The position numbers and the translations under genes are program-made. 64,000 bases of DNA, from assembly GCA_965277285.1 (NCBI GenBank), contig OZ255721.1, forward strand, positions 2,560,001-2,624,000. The letters run 5' to 3'. This document shows, piece after piece, positions 50,740-62,000 of the stretch. This stretch comes from Abditibacteriaceae bacterium. GTDB taxonomy: Bacteria > Armatimonadota > Abditibacteriia > Abditibacteriales > Abditibacteriaceae. Within the stretch, counting starts at the first letter, position 1; each line of letters opens with the position of its first letter. The notes beneath the pieces are model-generated. The model made no database searches. It was not told the DNA's origin and saw only the letters and a program-made list of their open reading frames with translations.

Positions 50740-51531
50740 ATGGCGATTTGCGAGATTCATCTGAACCAGGTCGAAGCGGTCGGTAAAATGACATCGTTCA
50801 TGGCGATTTTGCCCGAAGGTCAGGGCAAAGGGCCGTTTCCCGTGCTCTACCTTTTGCACGGATTGAGCGACAATCACACCGCCTGGACGCGGCGCACCAG
50901 CCTGGAACGTTACGTTGATGGCTTGCCGCTTATCGTCGTTATGCCCAATGGCGAACGCAGTTTCTACATCGACGCGCAAGATTTGCGCAACGAAAACTTT
51001 GAAACCCTCATCGTGCGCGACCTGATCGGTTTCGTGGACAACACGTTTCAAACAATTGCGTCGCGCGAAGGTCGCGTCATCGCCGGACTTTCGATGGGCG
51101 GTTACGGCGCCATGAAACTGGCCTTGAAACATCCCGATAAATTTTGCGCAGCCGTCACACATTCGGGCGCCGTCGAGTTCGGCTCGCATTCCTATGAAGA
51201 ATTTGTTGGGGAAAACAGCGGCGCCGAATGGTTGAACGAATTTGTGCCAATTATCGGAAAGAATCCACAAGGCGGCGACAACGACGTGTTCGCGCTGGCC
51301 GAACGGAGCGATTCGAGTACTCGACCAGCCTTGCGCATCGATTGCGGCACCGAAGATTTCCTGATCGAGCACAATCGCCGCTTTCACGCGCATCTGCAAA
51401 AGTTGGGCATCGAACACGAGTACGAAGAACATCCCGGCGAACATAACTGGGATTATTGGGACACGCACATCAAAGACAGCCTTGCGTTTTTCAAGACGCA
51501 GTTGAAATTGGAGACGCCCGCCCATGAATGA
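50740..51531 (+). CDS. Esterase, alpha/beta hydrolase (FrmB/tributyrin esterase-like)
   Basis: YLLHGLSD, GLSMGG, CGTED and GEHNWDYW motifs. Confidence 0.9.
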   Translation: MAICEIHLNQVEAVGKMTSFMAILPEGQGKGPFPVLYLLHGLSDNHTAWTRRTSLERYVDGLPLIVVMPNGERSFYIDAQDLRNENFETLIVRDLIGFVDNTFQTIASREGRVIAGLSMGGYGAMKLALKHPDKFCAAVTHSGAVEFGSHSYEEFVGENSGAEWLNEFVPIIGKNPQGGDNDVFALAERSDSSTRPALRIDCGTEDFLIEHNRRFHAHLQKLGIEHEYEEHPGEHNWDYWDTHIKDSLAFFKTQLKLETPAHE

Positions 51532-51629
51532 GCGGGCTGAAGAAAAAGCCCCATAAATGGGACTCAAGCGCACGCCTTGAGGCCGCTTTAGCGGTCTTGC
51601 CAATTCAGCCCGCTCATTCATGGGCGGGC
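51516..51629. repeat. REP family D composite inverted-repeat element, copy 2
   Basis: Same arms and internal GAGGCCGCTTTAGCGGTCTTGC as copy 1. Confidence 0.85.
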
Positions 51630-51664
51630 ACGTCGCACATCGAGTACTCGAACTGAACAACACC

Positions 51665-53881
51665 ATGCCAAATCAACTCGCCAACGAGAAAAGCCCCTAT
51701 TTGTTGCAGCACGCGCACAATCCCGTTGATTGGCTGCCGTGGGGCGAAGCCGCCTTTGAACGCGCGCGCCGCGAAAACAAGCCGATTTTTTTGTCTATCG
51801 GTTATTCGACGTGCCATTGGTGCCACGTCATGGAGCGCGAAAGTTTCGAGGTCGAAAGCGTCGCGCAGTTGATGAACCAGCATTTCGTCAACATCAAAGT
51901 CGACCGCGAAGAGCGTCCCGACGTGGATCGCGTTTACATGACGTTTGTGCAGGCGACGACCGGCAGCGGCGGCTGGCCCATGTCGGTTTTCCTGACGCCC
52001 GAACTGAAACCGTTTTATGGCGGCACTTATTTTCCGCCCGATGATCGTTACGGGCGCCCAGGTTTTTCCAGTTTGTTGAAGCATTTGGCGAACGCCTGGC
52101 AAAACGACCGCGACAACATCGAATCAAGTGCGCAAAGCACCGCCAATGCACTGCAAAATTACGCGTCGCTCGACACCAATCGTGATGATTCGAGTACTCG
52201 AAACGACGTCAAATGGCGCGGAATCGCTGACAAATGTTATCGACAAATTGCCGGAAGTTTCGATTCGCAATATGGCGGTTTTGGCGACGCACCGAAATTT
52301 CCGCGTCCCGTGACACATGATTTTTTGCACGCTTACGCACAAGTCAGCGGCGAAAAGCGCGCTTTGTCGATGTCGCTGCGAACGCTGGGTGCGATGTGCG
52401 ACGGCGGCATGAACGATCAACTGGGCGGCGGTTTTCATCGTTACAGCGTCGATGAACAATGGATCGTTTCGCATTTCGAGAAAATGCTATACGATCAGGC
52501 GCAATTGGTGATTTCGTTCCTCGAAGCGCATCAACTTTCCGGCGAAGAATACTTCGCAGTCGCGGCGCGCAACACGTTGGAATACGTTCTGCGCGATTTG
52601 CGGCACCCGCAAGGCGGCTTTTTCGCCGGTGAAGACGCCGATTCTTTGCCTCCAACCGTCGACAATTTGGCTAACATCGAAGGCACGCAGAACCAGAACG
52701 CGCATGGCGAAAGCACACATGGCGAAAAAACACATGAACAAGGCGTGCACAAAGAAGAAGGCGCTTTTTATGTGTGGACGCAAGCCGAAATTGAAAGCGC
52801 GCTGGGCGACGACGCGGCGTTATTTTGCGCCTTTTATGGCGTCAAACCAAACGGCAACGCGCCTCACAGCGGCGATCCGCACGGCGAGTTTCGCGGCAAA
52901 AATATCTTGTATCGCGCGCATCCTTTGAACGAAATCGCCGCGCAGTTCGGTGTCAGTGTGGAAGACGCCTATCGAGTACTCGAACGCGGCGCCAACACAT
53001 TGTTCGACATTCGCGCGCGTCGCCCACGACCGCATCGCGACGACAAAACCATCGCGGCTTGGAACGGCTTGACCATTTCCGCATTCGCGCGCGCGGCGCA
53101 AGTTTTAGACGAACCGCGTTATTTTGAAGCGGCGCAAACCGCGTTCGATTTTGTGTTTGAGCATTTGTGGGACGAGCAAACGAGCAAGCTAAAGCGCCAT
53201 TTCAAAGACGGCGCTTCTGAAGTTTCGGCGTTTGCGGACGATTACGCGTTTCTGGCGCAAGCGTGTCTCGATCTTTATGAAACCAATTTCAATGTGTCGT
53301 ACTTACAGCGCGCTGAAACGTTGATGGAAACTCTCAATCGCGATTTTTGGGATGAGGGAAACGGCGGATATTTCGCGTCGGCGCCGGATGCGAACTTGCT
53401 TTTGCGCTTGAAAGATGATTACGATGGCGCGGAACCTTCGGCTAATTCGTTTGCCGCGCGCGTTCTGTTGAAGTTGTCCGCCCTGCTCGACCGCAATGAT
53501 TTGAGGCAGAAAGCCGAGCAGACGTTGAACGCGTTTTCCGCTCGCCTGTCGCAAATTCCGCAAGCGATGCCGGAACTGTTGTGCGCCGCACTGCAAAGCC
53601 AGACGCCGCCCCAGCACATTGTCATCATAGGCGACAAAAACGCGGACGATACGCGCGAATTGTTGCGCGTAGTACGAATCGAGTACTCGATTTCACGACA
53701 AATTATTTTGCGCGATGAAAACGATGCGTCTTCAATCCAGTTCTGGAACGAACGCGCGCCTTGGACGCAGGCGATGACGCTGCAAAACAAGCGCGCGACG
53801 GCGTATGTTTGCCAAAACTTCGCCTGCCAGAACCCGACGACTTTAGCGGAAGAATTGCAAGTGCAATTGAGCTGTAAATAG
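51665..53881 (+). CDS. Thioredoxin-domain protein, YyaL/DUF255 family
   Basis: [32 protein letters not shown] and EEGAFYVW motifs. Confidence 0.95.
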   Translation: MPNQLANEKSPYLLQHAHNPVDWLPWGEAAFERARRENKPIFLSIGYSTCHWCHVMERESFEVESVAQLMNQHFVNIKVDREERPDVDRVYMTFVQATTGSGGWPMSVFLTPELKPFYGGTYFPPDDRYGRPGFSSLLKHLANAWQNDRDNIESSAQSTANALQNYASLDTNRDDSSTRNDVKWRGIADKCYRQIAGSFDSQYGGFGDAPKFPRPVTHDFLHAYAQVSGEKRALSMSLRTLGAMCDGGMNDQLGGGFHRYSVDEQWIVSHFEKMLYDQAQLVISFLEAHQLSGEEYFAVAARNTLEYVLRDLRHPQGGFFAGEDADSLPPTVDNLANIEGTQNQNAHGESTHGEKTHEQGVHKEEGAFYVWTQAEIESALGDDAALFCAFYGVKPNGNAPHSGDPHGEFRGKNILYRAHPLNEIAAQFGVSVEDAYRVLERGANTLFDIRARRPRPHRDDKTIAAWNGLTISAFARAAQVLDEPRYFEAAQTAFDFVFEHLWDEQTSKLKRHFKDGASEVSAFADDYAFLAQACLDLYETNFNVSYLQRAETLMETLNRDFWDEGNGGYFASAPDANLLLRLKDDYDGAEPSANSFAARVLLKLSALLDRNDLRQKAEQTLNAFSARLSQIPQAMPELLCAALQSQTPPQHIVIIGDKNADDTRELLRVVRIEYSISRQIILRDENDASSIQFWNERAPWTQAMTLQNKRATAYVCQNFACQNPTTLAEELQVQLSCK

Positions 53882-53913
53882 CGCGAAGAGCATAAGAAAT
53901 AACAATTATAAGA

Positions 53914-53990
53914 AACAACGAACTCCAAGCGTGAGCGGGGGCTGATGTAATTGTCAGTCAGCCCTGCGCTCACGCTTGGAGTTCGTTGTT
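53914..53990. repeat. REP family A variant inverted pair
   Basis: AACAACGAACTCCAAGCGTGAGCG ... CGCTCACGCTTGGAGTTCGTTGTT. Confidence 0.8.
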
Positions 53991-54012
53991 TTCGTGTCTT
54001 TCGCAGGCTATT

Positions 54013-54273
54013 TTATTTTTGCTTGCGACGAGAAACAAAGCCGAACTGTTGTTCGCCGACTTCTTTGATGGCGCGGCGCACGCGAGCCATGCGACGCAGA
54101 AAAACCCACACCAGCGCCGCGACAGACAGCAACTGAATCGCCGTCCAAATCGCTCCAATTGGCGCGCCCAACGGCAAGCGCGCTCTGACGCGGCTCAGCA
54201 GCCACGTCCACAGTAAGACGAAGCTGACAATAATCACGAGGGTTTCCCAGCGTGGGTGCGAAGGTTTTTCCAT
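54013..54273 (-). CDS. Small two-TM membrane protein
   Basis: 86-aa ORF with two hydrophobic helices. Confidence 0.65.
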   Translation of the reverse strand: MEKPSHPRWETLVIIVSFVLLWTWLLSRVRARLPLGAPIGAIWTAIQLLSVAALVWVFLRRMARVRRAIKEVGEQQFGFVSRRKQK

Positions 54274-54394
54274 AACGCGCAGTTTATAGCGTCTTCAATA
54301 TCAATTAACCGATTGAGTAGAAACACATGGAGCGGACGCTCATAAGAGAACAGCCATGACGTAAATCAAGTACTCGATTGTCACCAATTGCAGA

Positions 54395-54439
54395 AAAAGA
54401 CAGGGCGTCTCGATTTATTTCGAGACGCCCTGTCTTTTC
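54395..54439 (-). terminator. Hairpin downstream of prepilin-like gene 1
   Basis: AAAAGACAGGGCGTCTCGA-tttatt-TCGAGACGCCCTGTCTTTT. Confidence 0.75.
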
Positions 54440-54499
54440 AGCTACCTACGTTCTGTCTTTTCAAACTTCGCGCTGTAGCAAGTGCGCACCAAAAGCGAT

Positions 54500-55336
54500 T
54501 TACTGGTTGTACTTCTTGTCCAGCAAATCCATTGCCGAAACAGCTCCCGCAGGTACGTCATTGCAGTTGATGGATTCCGGGTTTGGCAGTGTGCAGGTGC
54601 CGCCATCAAACCTGCCCCACATACTGTAGCCATTCGCCACGGTCGCATCAGGATGCATCGATTTGACGTGTCCATCGACAAAGAGATAGTTCGAGGTGCC
54701 CAAGTGGCCAGCAAACCCGTTATCTCGCCATGCATTACCACCGTCGGTACCACCGGTCACCCAGTCACTCCACATCAGACCAGGTTCGGACCTGTCGCCA
54801 CCAACGCGCTCGCCGACCAGAATTTTGCGCGAAGGTTCCTGAATGGTGGCCAGGCTCATACCGTGACCCGTTCCATTAGGATCACCAGAGTTAGCCTTGT
54901 TCCATTGATCATCACCAATTTCGTAGTTCATGCCGTAAGAAACCGGGGACTGGCGAACGGGAAATGGGTTCTCGACGCTATCGCCCCAGCCCATCCAACT
55001 GCCGCCATTCGAATTTGAAGGGCACCTGAAAAGGTCAAAGCTCTTGATGTAAGGCTGGGTAACCTGTACCCAGTTATATTCTGCGCCTCGTGCCACGTTG
55101 GGAATCCGCGTGCGCGGTAACTTTTCGTCGTATTCTTGTGTGTATTGCATTATGCCAATACCAATCTGCTTCAGGTTGCTGGAGCAACTCGCACGACGGG
55201 CACTTTCGCGCGCTTTGGCGAAAGCCGGGAACAAAATGGCGGCCAAAATCGCAATAATGGCAATTACGACCAGCAGTTCGATCAGAGTGAAACCCCGACG
55301 GTTTTGGGCGCTTGAAGCGCGCTCTATCTTAAACAT
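54500..55336 (-). CDS. Prepilin-type N-terminal cleavage/methylation, DUF1559/H-X9-DG protein (paralog 1)
   Basis: [30 protein letters not shown] and [15 protein letters not shown] motifs. Confidence 0.93.
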   Translation of the reverse strand: MFKIERASSAQNRRGFTLIELLVVIAIIAILAAILFPAFAKARESARRASCSSNLKQIGIGIMQYTQEYDEKLPRTRIPNVARGAEYNWVQVTQPYIKSFDLFRCPSNSNGGSWMGWGDSVENPFPVRQSPVSYGMNYEIGDDQWNKANSGDPNGTGHGMSLATIQEPSRKILVGERVGGDRSEPGLMWSDWVTGGTDGGNAWRDNGFAGHLGTSNYLFVDGHVKSMHPDATVANGYSMWGRFDGGTCTLPNPESINCNDVPAGAVSAMDLLDKKYNQ

Positions 55337-55571
55337 TGTATTTCTCCTTTTCAGTCCTTTAAGGAATGATTATTTATGTATATACCCACTTTGGATAATT
55401 TTCAAACAGGCGCGATTGCTTTTCAAAAATCCATAGCAACACTTCGGAATGCCTGAGATGAGTTACTGTATCCTACTGCAAGGTCGGTTTCCTGCATTAT
55501 ATTTAAGTTGTATGTGATAGAACCGCCAACGCAAGCGTCCTACTTCGAGTACTCGATTCGTTCTCAATTAG

Positions 55572-55613
55572 AAAAACCGGTCATCCCAAAAAGAATTGGG
55601 ATGACCGGTTTTT
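55572..55613 (-). terminator. Hairpin downstream of prepilin-like gene 2
   Basis: AAAAACCGGTCATCCCAA ... TTGGGATGACCGGTTTTT. Confidence 0.8.
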
Positions 55614-55666
55614 GATTGTGTGGCTTGGTTCTCCACCGGCGACTTCAATCGCGAGCAGCGTGCACC

Positions 55667-56443
55667 TTACTGGTTATACTTCTTGTCCAGCAAGTCCATC
55701 GCTGCTATCAATTGCGGTGTCGTCCCGCTGCAGTTGATAACTTCAGGCGGGTTCAGACCGCAAACGCCACCTCGGGTTCCGCCCCACATACTGTAGTTGT
55801 TTGCTACAGTGGCATCTGGGTGCAACGATTTGACATGTCCATCGGCAAACAGGTAGTTCGAGGATCCCAGATGACCAGCAAAGCCATCAGCAAACCACTG
55901 CTGGCCATTCCAGTCATCCCAATACATACCGGGTTCTGCCTTGCTTCCGGGACCGCTTCCGTTGGTGCGCTCTCCAACCATGATCTTGCGCGCAGGTTCT
56001 TGAACTGTAGCCAGGCTCAGACCCGAGATAGTGGCCCAAGCTGGATCACCGAACATGAAGTTATACCCGTACGAGACTGGAATTTGCGGAGCGGGTAGCG
56101 GCATGCCACCTGGCATTGTAATACCGCTGTCAGGGTTCGAGGGACATCTGAAAAGATCGGTGCTCTTGACGTAAGGCTGGATGACCTGTGCCCAGTTGCC
56201 AACACCATTAATTTGGTTGAATGGATAATGTTCGTCGTATTCCTGGGTGTATTGTATCATGCCAATACCGATCTGCTTCAGGTTGCTGGAGCAACTCGCA
56301 CGACGGGCGCTTTCGCGCGCTTTGGCGAAAGCCGGGAACAAAATGGCGGCCAAAATCGCAATAATGGCAATAACGACCAGCAGCTCGATCAGGGTAAAAC
56401 CCCGACGGTTTTGGGCGCTTGAAGCGCGCTCTACTTTAAACAT
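55667..56443 (-). CDS. Prepilin-type DUF1559/H-X9-DG protein (paralog 2)
   Basis: N-terminal ~70 aa nearly identical to paralog 1; same C-terminal [10 protein letters not shown]. Confidence 0.93.
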   Translation of the reverse strand: MFKVERASSAQNRRGFTLIELLVVIAIIAILAAILFPAFAKARESARRASCSSNLKQIGIGMIQYTQEYDEHYPFNQINGVGNWAQVIQPYVKSTDLFRCPSNPDSGITMPGGMPLPAPQIPVSYGYNFMFGDPAWATISGLSLATVQEPARKIMVGERTNGSGPGSKAEPGMYWDDWNGQQWFADGFAGHLGSSNYLFADGHVKSLHPDATVANNYSMWGGTRGGVCGLNPPEVINCSGTTPQLIAAMDLLDKKYNQ

Positions 56444-56943
56444 TGTATTTCTCCTATTCAGTCTCTTTAAGATGACTTCTTATATATATACCCACTTTGA
56501 ACAATTTTCAAACAGGTATTACTAAGTAATATGAACCTTATTTACAACGACACAAATCCTTGCGCCAAAAACCATCTGACAACCGTTGTAAAGTACTTTT
56601 CCCACCCAACGACCCAATGAGGCTCAAGGTGTGCAAAAGCTGATAATGCAGGCATTGGGGTTTTCGTGTTGTCCAGTTAAACGTCACTTTGGGAATGATC
56701 GGAAAAATTTGATCGCTTCCGACGACTTCGCGCGAAAAACAGGGGAGTACGAAGATCTTAAAAATATCTCACGACACGAAAAATTCCAAGACCCTCCTCA
56801 AAATATCTGCAATTGTGCAAAGAATATAAAAAGTAGCGCCCATGTTCATGAACACAGGCGCTACTTTTTGTATTCTGGGAGCGACTTCCAGATCGAGCGA
56901 AACGTTTTATTTCGACGGTCTGTCAACATCGGGTTAAGGACCT

Positions 56944-57198
56944 TTAGGGACGAGCGCTTACAGGAGCACCTGGAACTGCGCCTGCTGCGCTTGATGGAGT
57001 AGCGGTTGCTGGCGCATTATCGGTATTGGAAGAGCCGCCGCTGCAACCACCGGCTGCCAGCAGGCACAGCGTCAGGGCTGCCGTGAATAACAGCAACGCA
57101 CGCTGCAAGGTGCGATCTACATTGTGAAAAAGTTTCAATTTACGCCTCCGAGTGAATGAACGACTGGAATATAGGCTTTTACGTGCCTTGGTTTGCAT
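56944..57198 (-). CDS. Small putative lipoprotein
   Basis: Hydrophobic segment ending LAAGGC, followed by a low-complexity tail; start uncertain. Confidence 0.5.
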   Translation of the reverse strand: MQTKARKSLYSSRSFTRRRKLKLFHNVDRTLQRALLLFTAALTLCLLAAGGCSGGSSNTDNAPATATPSSAAGAVPGAPVSARP

Positions 57199-57474
57199 CT
57201 CCTAATTCTTCCTGAACTTTGAGGAACTGGCCTCTTGGTCGCACCTCCTGTTGTTTTGTTTTCAACTCTTGCAAACGCTGCAGTATCGCCGCGGACAATC
57301 AACTAAAAATCAACAAGCGCTCGCATTTCGACATATTCTACTAAAAACCAGAAACATAGGCATGATAGTTCTCAACACTGGCCGAGCAAGTCACCAGAAC
57401 ACGTTTTACACCATGAGATTGTTCTCTGCAGGTGTTTGCTAAATTGCGCCTATGGTTTTGGACTGCTTCAATTT

Positions 57475-58788
57475 TCAAGAGTCCAGGTTCGAGAGTCTCG
57501 CTTCGCTGATGGTGTAAAACGAACCGGTGACGCAAACGATATTGCTTCGAGTACTCGAACTTAGCGCGCGTGCAACAGCGGATTGCACAGGAACGACAAT
57601 TTCGACTTGCTGGCAAAACTGGCGCGCTTCGTCGGCGATAACTTGCGCTTCGCAGGCGCGCGGCGAAGTCGATTGCGTGGCCACAATTTGAGTGGCCAAA
57701 GGCGCCAATTGCGCGATCATGGCGCGAAAGTCTTTGTCCTTCAAAATGCCCAGCACCAAAATCAATTCGCTGCCGGAACGTTCGTCCAAAACGCGCCGCA
57801 GTTGATGCGCCAGTTGCGCCGCGCCATCGGGATTATTAGCGCCGTCGAGAACGACCAGCGGATCGTGGCGCACGACTTGAAAGCGCCCGGGAACCGTCGC
57901 AATTGGCGCGATAACGTTTCCGTTCTGAACTGGCAAAGTCCAATTCTCATTGCTTTGAGTAAGTGCCAGACGCGCGACGAAAGCGGTTTGCGCATTCAAC
58001 TTTTGAAAATCGGGCACATCATTCTCAACTTCGGGCTGAACAACATCGAGCGCGTTTTTCAAGTTTTTGGCGTCATTCGAGTACTCGATATTGCGAGAAC
58101 TCCACAGTTTCGCGCCGATTTTGTCGCAATGCGCGCGAAAAACTTCCAGTACATCCGCGCGCGTTTCACTTGTCACAAAAATGCAATTTGGGCGCGCGAT
58201 TTCCACTTTGTCGCGCGCAATTTCAACGTGCGTGTTTCCCAAGCGGTCGCAATGATCGAGCGCGACGTGCGTCACCACCGAAACCAGCGGATTCGTGACA
58301 TTGGTCGCATCCCATTTTCCACCCAGACCGACTTCGACGACCGCGATGTCCACTTTGCGGCGCGCGAAATGAAGTAGTCCCAGCGCTGTCAAAGTTTCAA
58401 ATTCGGTCGGCTGTCCCAAGGTTTCATCGCGCGCGATTTCTTCCAGCAAGGGGCGCATTTCATTGAACAACGCGTCCAATTCGTCATCGGCGATGCTGCC
58501 TGGAAAAAGCTCGTTTGAAGACAAAGAAACGGAATCGAGTACTCGAAGTCGCTCGTTCCAGCGGTAAAGGTGCGGCGAAGTGAACAAGCCGACAGTTTTG
58601 CCTTCATTGGCCAAACGCCGCGCTAAAAATTCGCAAGTCGAACCTTTACCATTGGTGCCGCCAACCAGAACGACGGGATAATTGCGCTGCGGATTGTCCA
58701 AACGAGCAAGGAGTTCGCGCACGCGCTCGAGGCCGGGACGAATGCCAAAACGTTGCAAATGCTCCAGATAGTTTTCAAAAGAAGTCAT
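57475..58788 (-). CDS. folC: Folylpolyglutamate synthase/dihydrofolate synthase
   Basis: GTNGKGST, FTSPHL, EVGLGG..DATN and VTGSFY motifs. Confidence 0.95.
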   Translation of the reverse strand: MTSFENYLEHLQRFGIRPGLERVRELLARLDNPQRNYPVVLVGGTNGKGSTCEFLARRLANEGKTVGLFTSPHLYRWNERLRVLDSVSLSSNELFPGSIADDELDALFNEMRPLLEEIARDETLGQPTEFETLTALGLLHFARRKVDIAVVEVGLGGKWDATNVTNPLVSVVTHVALDHCDRLGNTHVEIARDKVEIARPNCIFVTSETRADVLEVFRAHCDKIGAKLWSSRNIEYSNDAKNLKNALDVVQPEVENDVPDFQKLNAQTAFVARLALTQSNENWTLPVQNGNVIAPIATVPGRFQVVRHDPLVVLDGANNPDGAAQLAHQLRRVLDERSGSELILVLGILKDKDFRAMIAQLAPLATQIVATQSTSPRACEAQVIADEARQFCQQVEIVVPVQSAVARALSSSTRSNIVCVTGSFYTISEARLSNLDS

Positions 58789-59047
58789 AACGGAAGATGT
58801 GAGTGGAAGGCTGTGGAAAGTTGTTTGCTGCCCGCGAAGACAGAGTTTGAAATCGCGGTTTCAGAGTTAGTTTTCAAAGGAGGAAACGACGTTGGTAAAG
58901 CAACAAACTGTCCCTTTTAGAACGTTTAGCGAACTGGTCAAACTGATTCTCGGAGGCAGTTTGCCGCGTTGATTGAGAATGGCAAAACAAAAGTTTTATG
59001 ATAACATAAGGAAACTTCCATTTACTTCCACGAAAGGGCTTTCAACC

Positions 59048-62000
59048 ATGAAACTCCCCGCCCGCCTGCCTGCTGTTCCTCGTTGGATTACGTCGTTGTC
59101 ACGTTCGTCTGCTTCCCCTTTATCCGTTTCAAGGTCGCCTGTTTCCCATTTGCCCAGGCCATTGCCTAAGCCGCGTCGTGCCGCTTTCTGGAGTGCTTCG
59201 GCGTTGCTGGCAGTGTCGATTTTGCTGCCTTTGAGTCGCGCTTTTTCTCAACCTTCGGACTCGATTGCGGCGGCACCTTCCGCCCAAGCCGCGCCAGTTG
59301 ATGCGGCGGTCGTAACGCGCTTGAACGCCGACATCGCCGCGCTGACGCAGTTTCCTTCGCGCGCTCCGGGAACTGCAGGTAACACGCAGGCCGCTGCTTA
59401 CGTCGAAAAGCGGATGCGCGAAATCGGCCTGGCAGTTTCGTCCGATTCTTACAACGTCACGGCGCCAGTCACGACAAATGGGCATTCGACATTGACGTTG
59501 AACGGGCAAAGCCTGACGGTTTTCCCGATTTACCCGAACGGCGTCGTGCCATCGTCGGTTCCCACAGGCGGCTTGTCGGCGCCCTTGATTTACGCGCGCG
59601 GCGGGCAACCATCTGACTTCAACGGGCTGACGGTGAAAGGCGCCATCGTCGCGCTCGACTTCAATTCGGGCATGAACTGGATCACTGCCGCCGACTTGGG
59701 CGCGCGCGCCGTTGTCTTCTTGGAGCCGCAAGCGACCGAGGCGAACAGCGCGCCGACTTCGCGCGGTGAGGCAGAACGCAAGTTCGCCGCAGTTTCCGCC
59801 GAAATGCCGCGCTTCTACGCTCCCAAAGTAGCCGCCGACGCGATTCGTGGCGCTCTTGGAAATTCAGCCGCCCTATCGAGTACTGGAAATGGCGCGACGC
59901 AATCCAGCGCGGCGAATGCTCTATCTAACGCCAGCCAGAACAAGATCGAGGCGACGTTGCAATCGCAGGTTTCGTGGCAAAGCGTGCCGGTGCGCAACAT
60001 TCTGGGTCGCTTGCAAGGCAGCGATCCGACGCTTTCCAAGCAAGTCATCGTCATCGACAGTTACTACGATTCGATGGCGATCACGCCCGATCTGGCGCCG
60101 GGCGCCGAAGCTGCGGGAAACTGCGCGGCGTTTTTGGAAATGGCGCGCAGTTTCAAAGCGAATCCGCCCAAATACTCGCTGCTTTTTGTGGCGAACGGCG
60201 CACATCACTTAGCGTTGGCGGGCGCGCGCAATTTTCTCAACCAACACTTCGTAGATTCGACGGGCAAAGGCGCCAAAGCACTGACGGATGAAATCGCGTC
60301 TTATCGCGCCTTTGTCGGCCTTGACTTCACTTCGCGCACCGATACCGTCGGCTTGTTCGCCAAAGCCGCGTTTTACAACCAGTTAGCGAGTGTTGGCAAC
60401 AACCAGGAAAGCATTCTGCTGAACCAGTTCAACGGTTTCGCTAAAACGCTGTACGAAGATTATGCGCAACCCGAAGCCAAACGGCGCGGCGTGCCAATCG
60501 AAGCGTTTTACGTCGATGGCATTCGCGGCTTGAATGGCCGCAACTGGCGTTCATTCTTGCCCTCGTTGGTCGCGCTCGACAGCGAAGCCGCCACATTGAC
60601 CGGCAAGCCGAGCGTTTCGTTTGCGACAGCGAACGACATCCGCACCTTGCAAGATACGCCGTTCGATCTGCCATCATCAATGAACGTTCCGAACGTGGCG
60701 CGCCAGATTGCGACGGTTCAATTCTTATTGGGCAAAGCACTCAATTCGGGCGAGAACGTCAAAGACAATAACTTCCAGGCGTTGACGGATCGCGCGACCA
60801 AGCTGTCGGCGATTTTCGGATATGGCATCGGGCGCGCCATTTCGCGCGATGTGACCAAAGGCAAAATCTCGTTTTTGCCCGATACGCCGGTTCCAAATGC
60901 CGTCGGATACATTCTCAACCGCGCGCAGGATTACAAAACTTATTCCGGCGTGCGCGGCGCCTTCATCGAAAAAGCGCAATACACCAAAGAAACTGCGAGT
61001 GCGCCTTCAGTCGCGCAGTTCTCGTTTATCGCGCCGCGCATCGTTGACCCGAATGGCGGCGCTTATCCCGACGCGCAAATCGAAGCCTATGGCCTGAGCG
61101 ACGACGGCAAAATCGTCTATGCGCCCGATCAGGGTTCGGAAAAAGCACGTTTCAGCGCGACGTTCAACAAAACCAGCGTGGCGCCCGCTTATAAAGATGA
61201 AGCGACGGGCGAACTGAACCCGGACGCGACGACGTTGTGTTTTCACTGTCGCGGCGTCGCGTTATACGACACGCTCGATCAGCGTTATTTCCAGGTTTTG
61301 ACGACACTTTCAGTACTCGATGGGCAAACCGACGCCGAACCGACGCAATACGGCTTTCTTCAGCCGACGGCGGTAACGGGACAAGGAACCCTCGAGCCAA
61401 TTGCGGTTGTTTATGGCCCGCCGTCTGTTGTCGATCCCAAAACTGGGGTTCGCAACACGACGCATTTGAAAGTGATTATGGCGCAGGGTTTGTTGGGCAA
61501 GCGCCTGGTTTTGCTCAATACGCTCCCGAGCAGCGGCGTGTGGTCTGGCAAGGTTCGCCCAAACGGTGTCGGCGTCGATGTCCCGCAAATCGACGATCCT
61601 GTTAGCGCCGTTGTGCCGACGCTTTCGTTCGCCGTCGCACGCGATTTGTGGCAACTCGATCAACAACGCATTCATTTATTGAAGCAATTCGGCATTAGCA
61701 ACCAGCGCGTAGACGCTTTGCATGGCGCGGTTGGCTGTGGGGTTGATTCAAAAATAGCGGGACAATTCGCTTGTCCGACCGATGCGTTAGCGGAGCCAAA
61801 CGGTGGCGCGATTCAGCTCGCAGCGACGGCTCTGCAAAACAAACAATTCGATCAGTTTTATGCACAGTCACGTCGTGCTTTCGGATTGGAATCGCGCGCT
61901 TATCCCGATGTCGAGGCGACAGCGCAAGATGTCTTGAAAGGCATTCTGTTTTATCTGGCGCTGTTGCTGCCCTTCTCGTTTTTCCTCGAGCGAATACTTT

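Larger units (their letters stand above)
1297..58546. repeat. Highly iterated palindrome TCGAGTACTCGA, dispersed, 56 perfect copies counted manually
   Basis: Starts: 1297, 3155, 4540, 4887, 6876, 7554, 8124, 9567, 9967, 10185, 10864, 13059, 13683, 14690, 16359, 19177, 20488, 20792, 22379, 22759, 23501, 24309, 24939, 26695, 28262, 29530, 30920, 32723, 33923, 34287, 34817, 35902, 36251, 37000, 38213, 39060, 41069, 41958, 42423, 44454, 44759, 44898, 45819, 46663, 47979, 49241, 50652, 51313, 51640, 52190, 52972, 53679, 55545, 57547, 58077, 58535. Confidence 0.98.

Noticed and set aside
50644..51666. 340-aa minus-strand ORF (and similar long antisense ORFs at 8344-9594 and 46353-47558)
   Set aside because: They lie antisense to well-supported genes and have no recognisable motifs.
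56631..57002. 123-aa plus-strand ORF in an AT-rich region
   Set aside because: No motif or ribosome-binding site; probably non-coding upstream DNA.
1297..58546. The palindrome as a cloning linker, adapter or assembly artefact
   Set aside because: Copies preserve reading frames in conserved genes, occur in all three frames, have natural one- and two-mismatch variants, and are built into terminator stems.
1297..58546. The palindrome or REP repeats as a CRISPR array
   Set aside because: No regular repeat-spacer periodicity and no cas genes.
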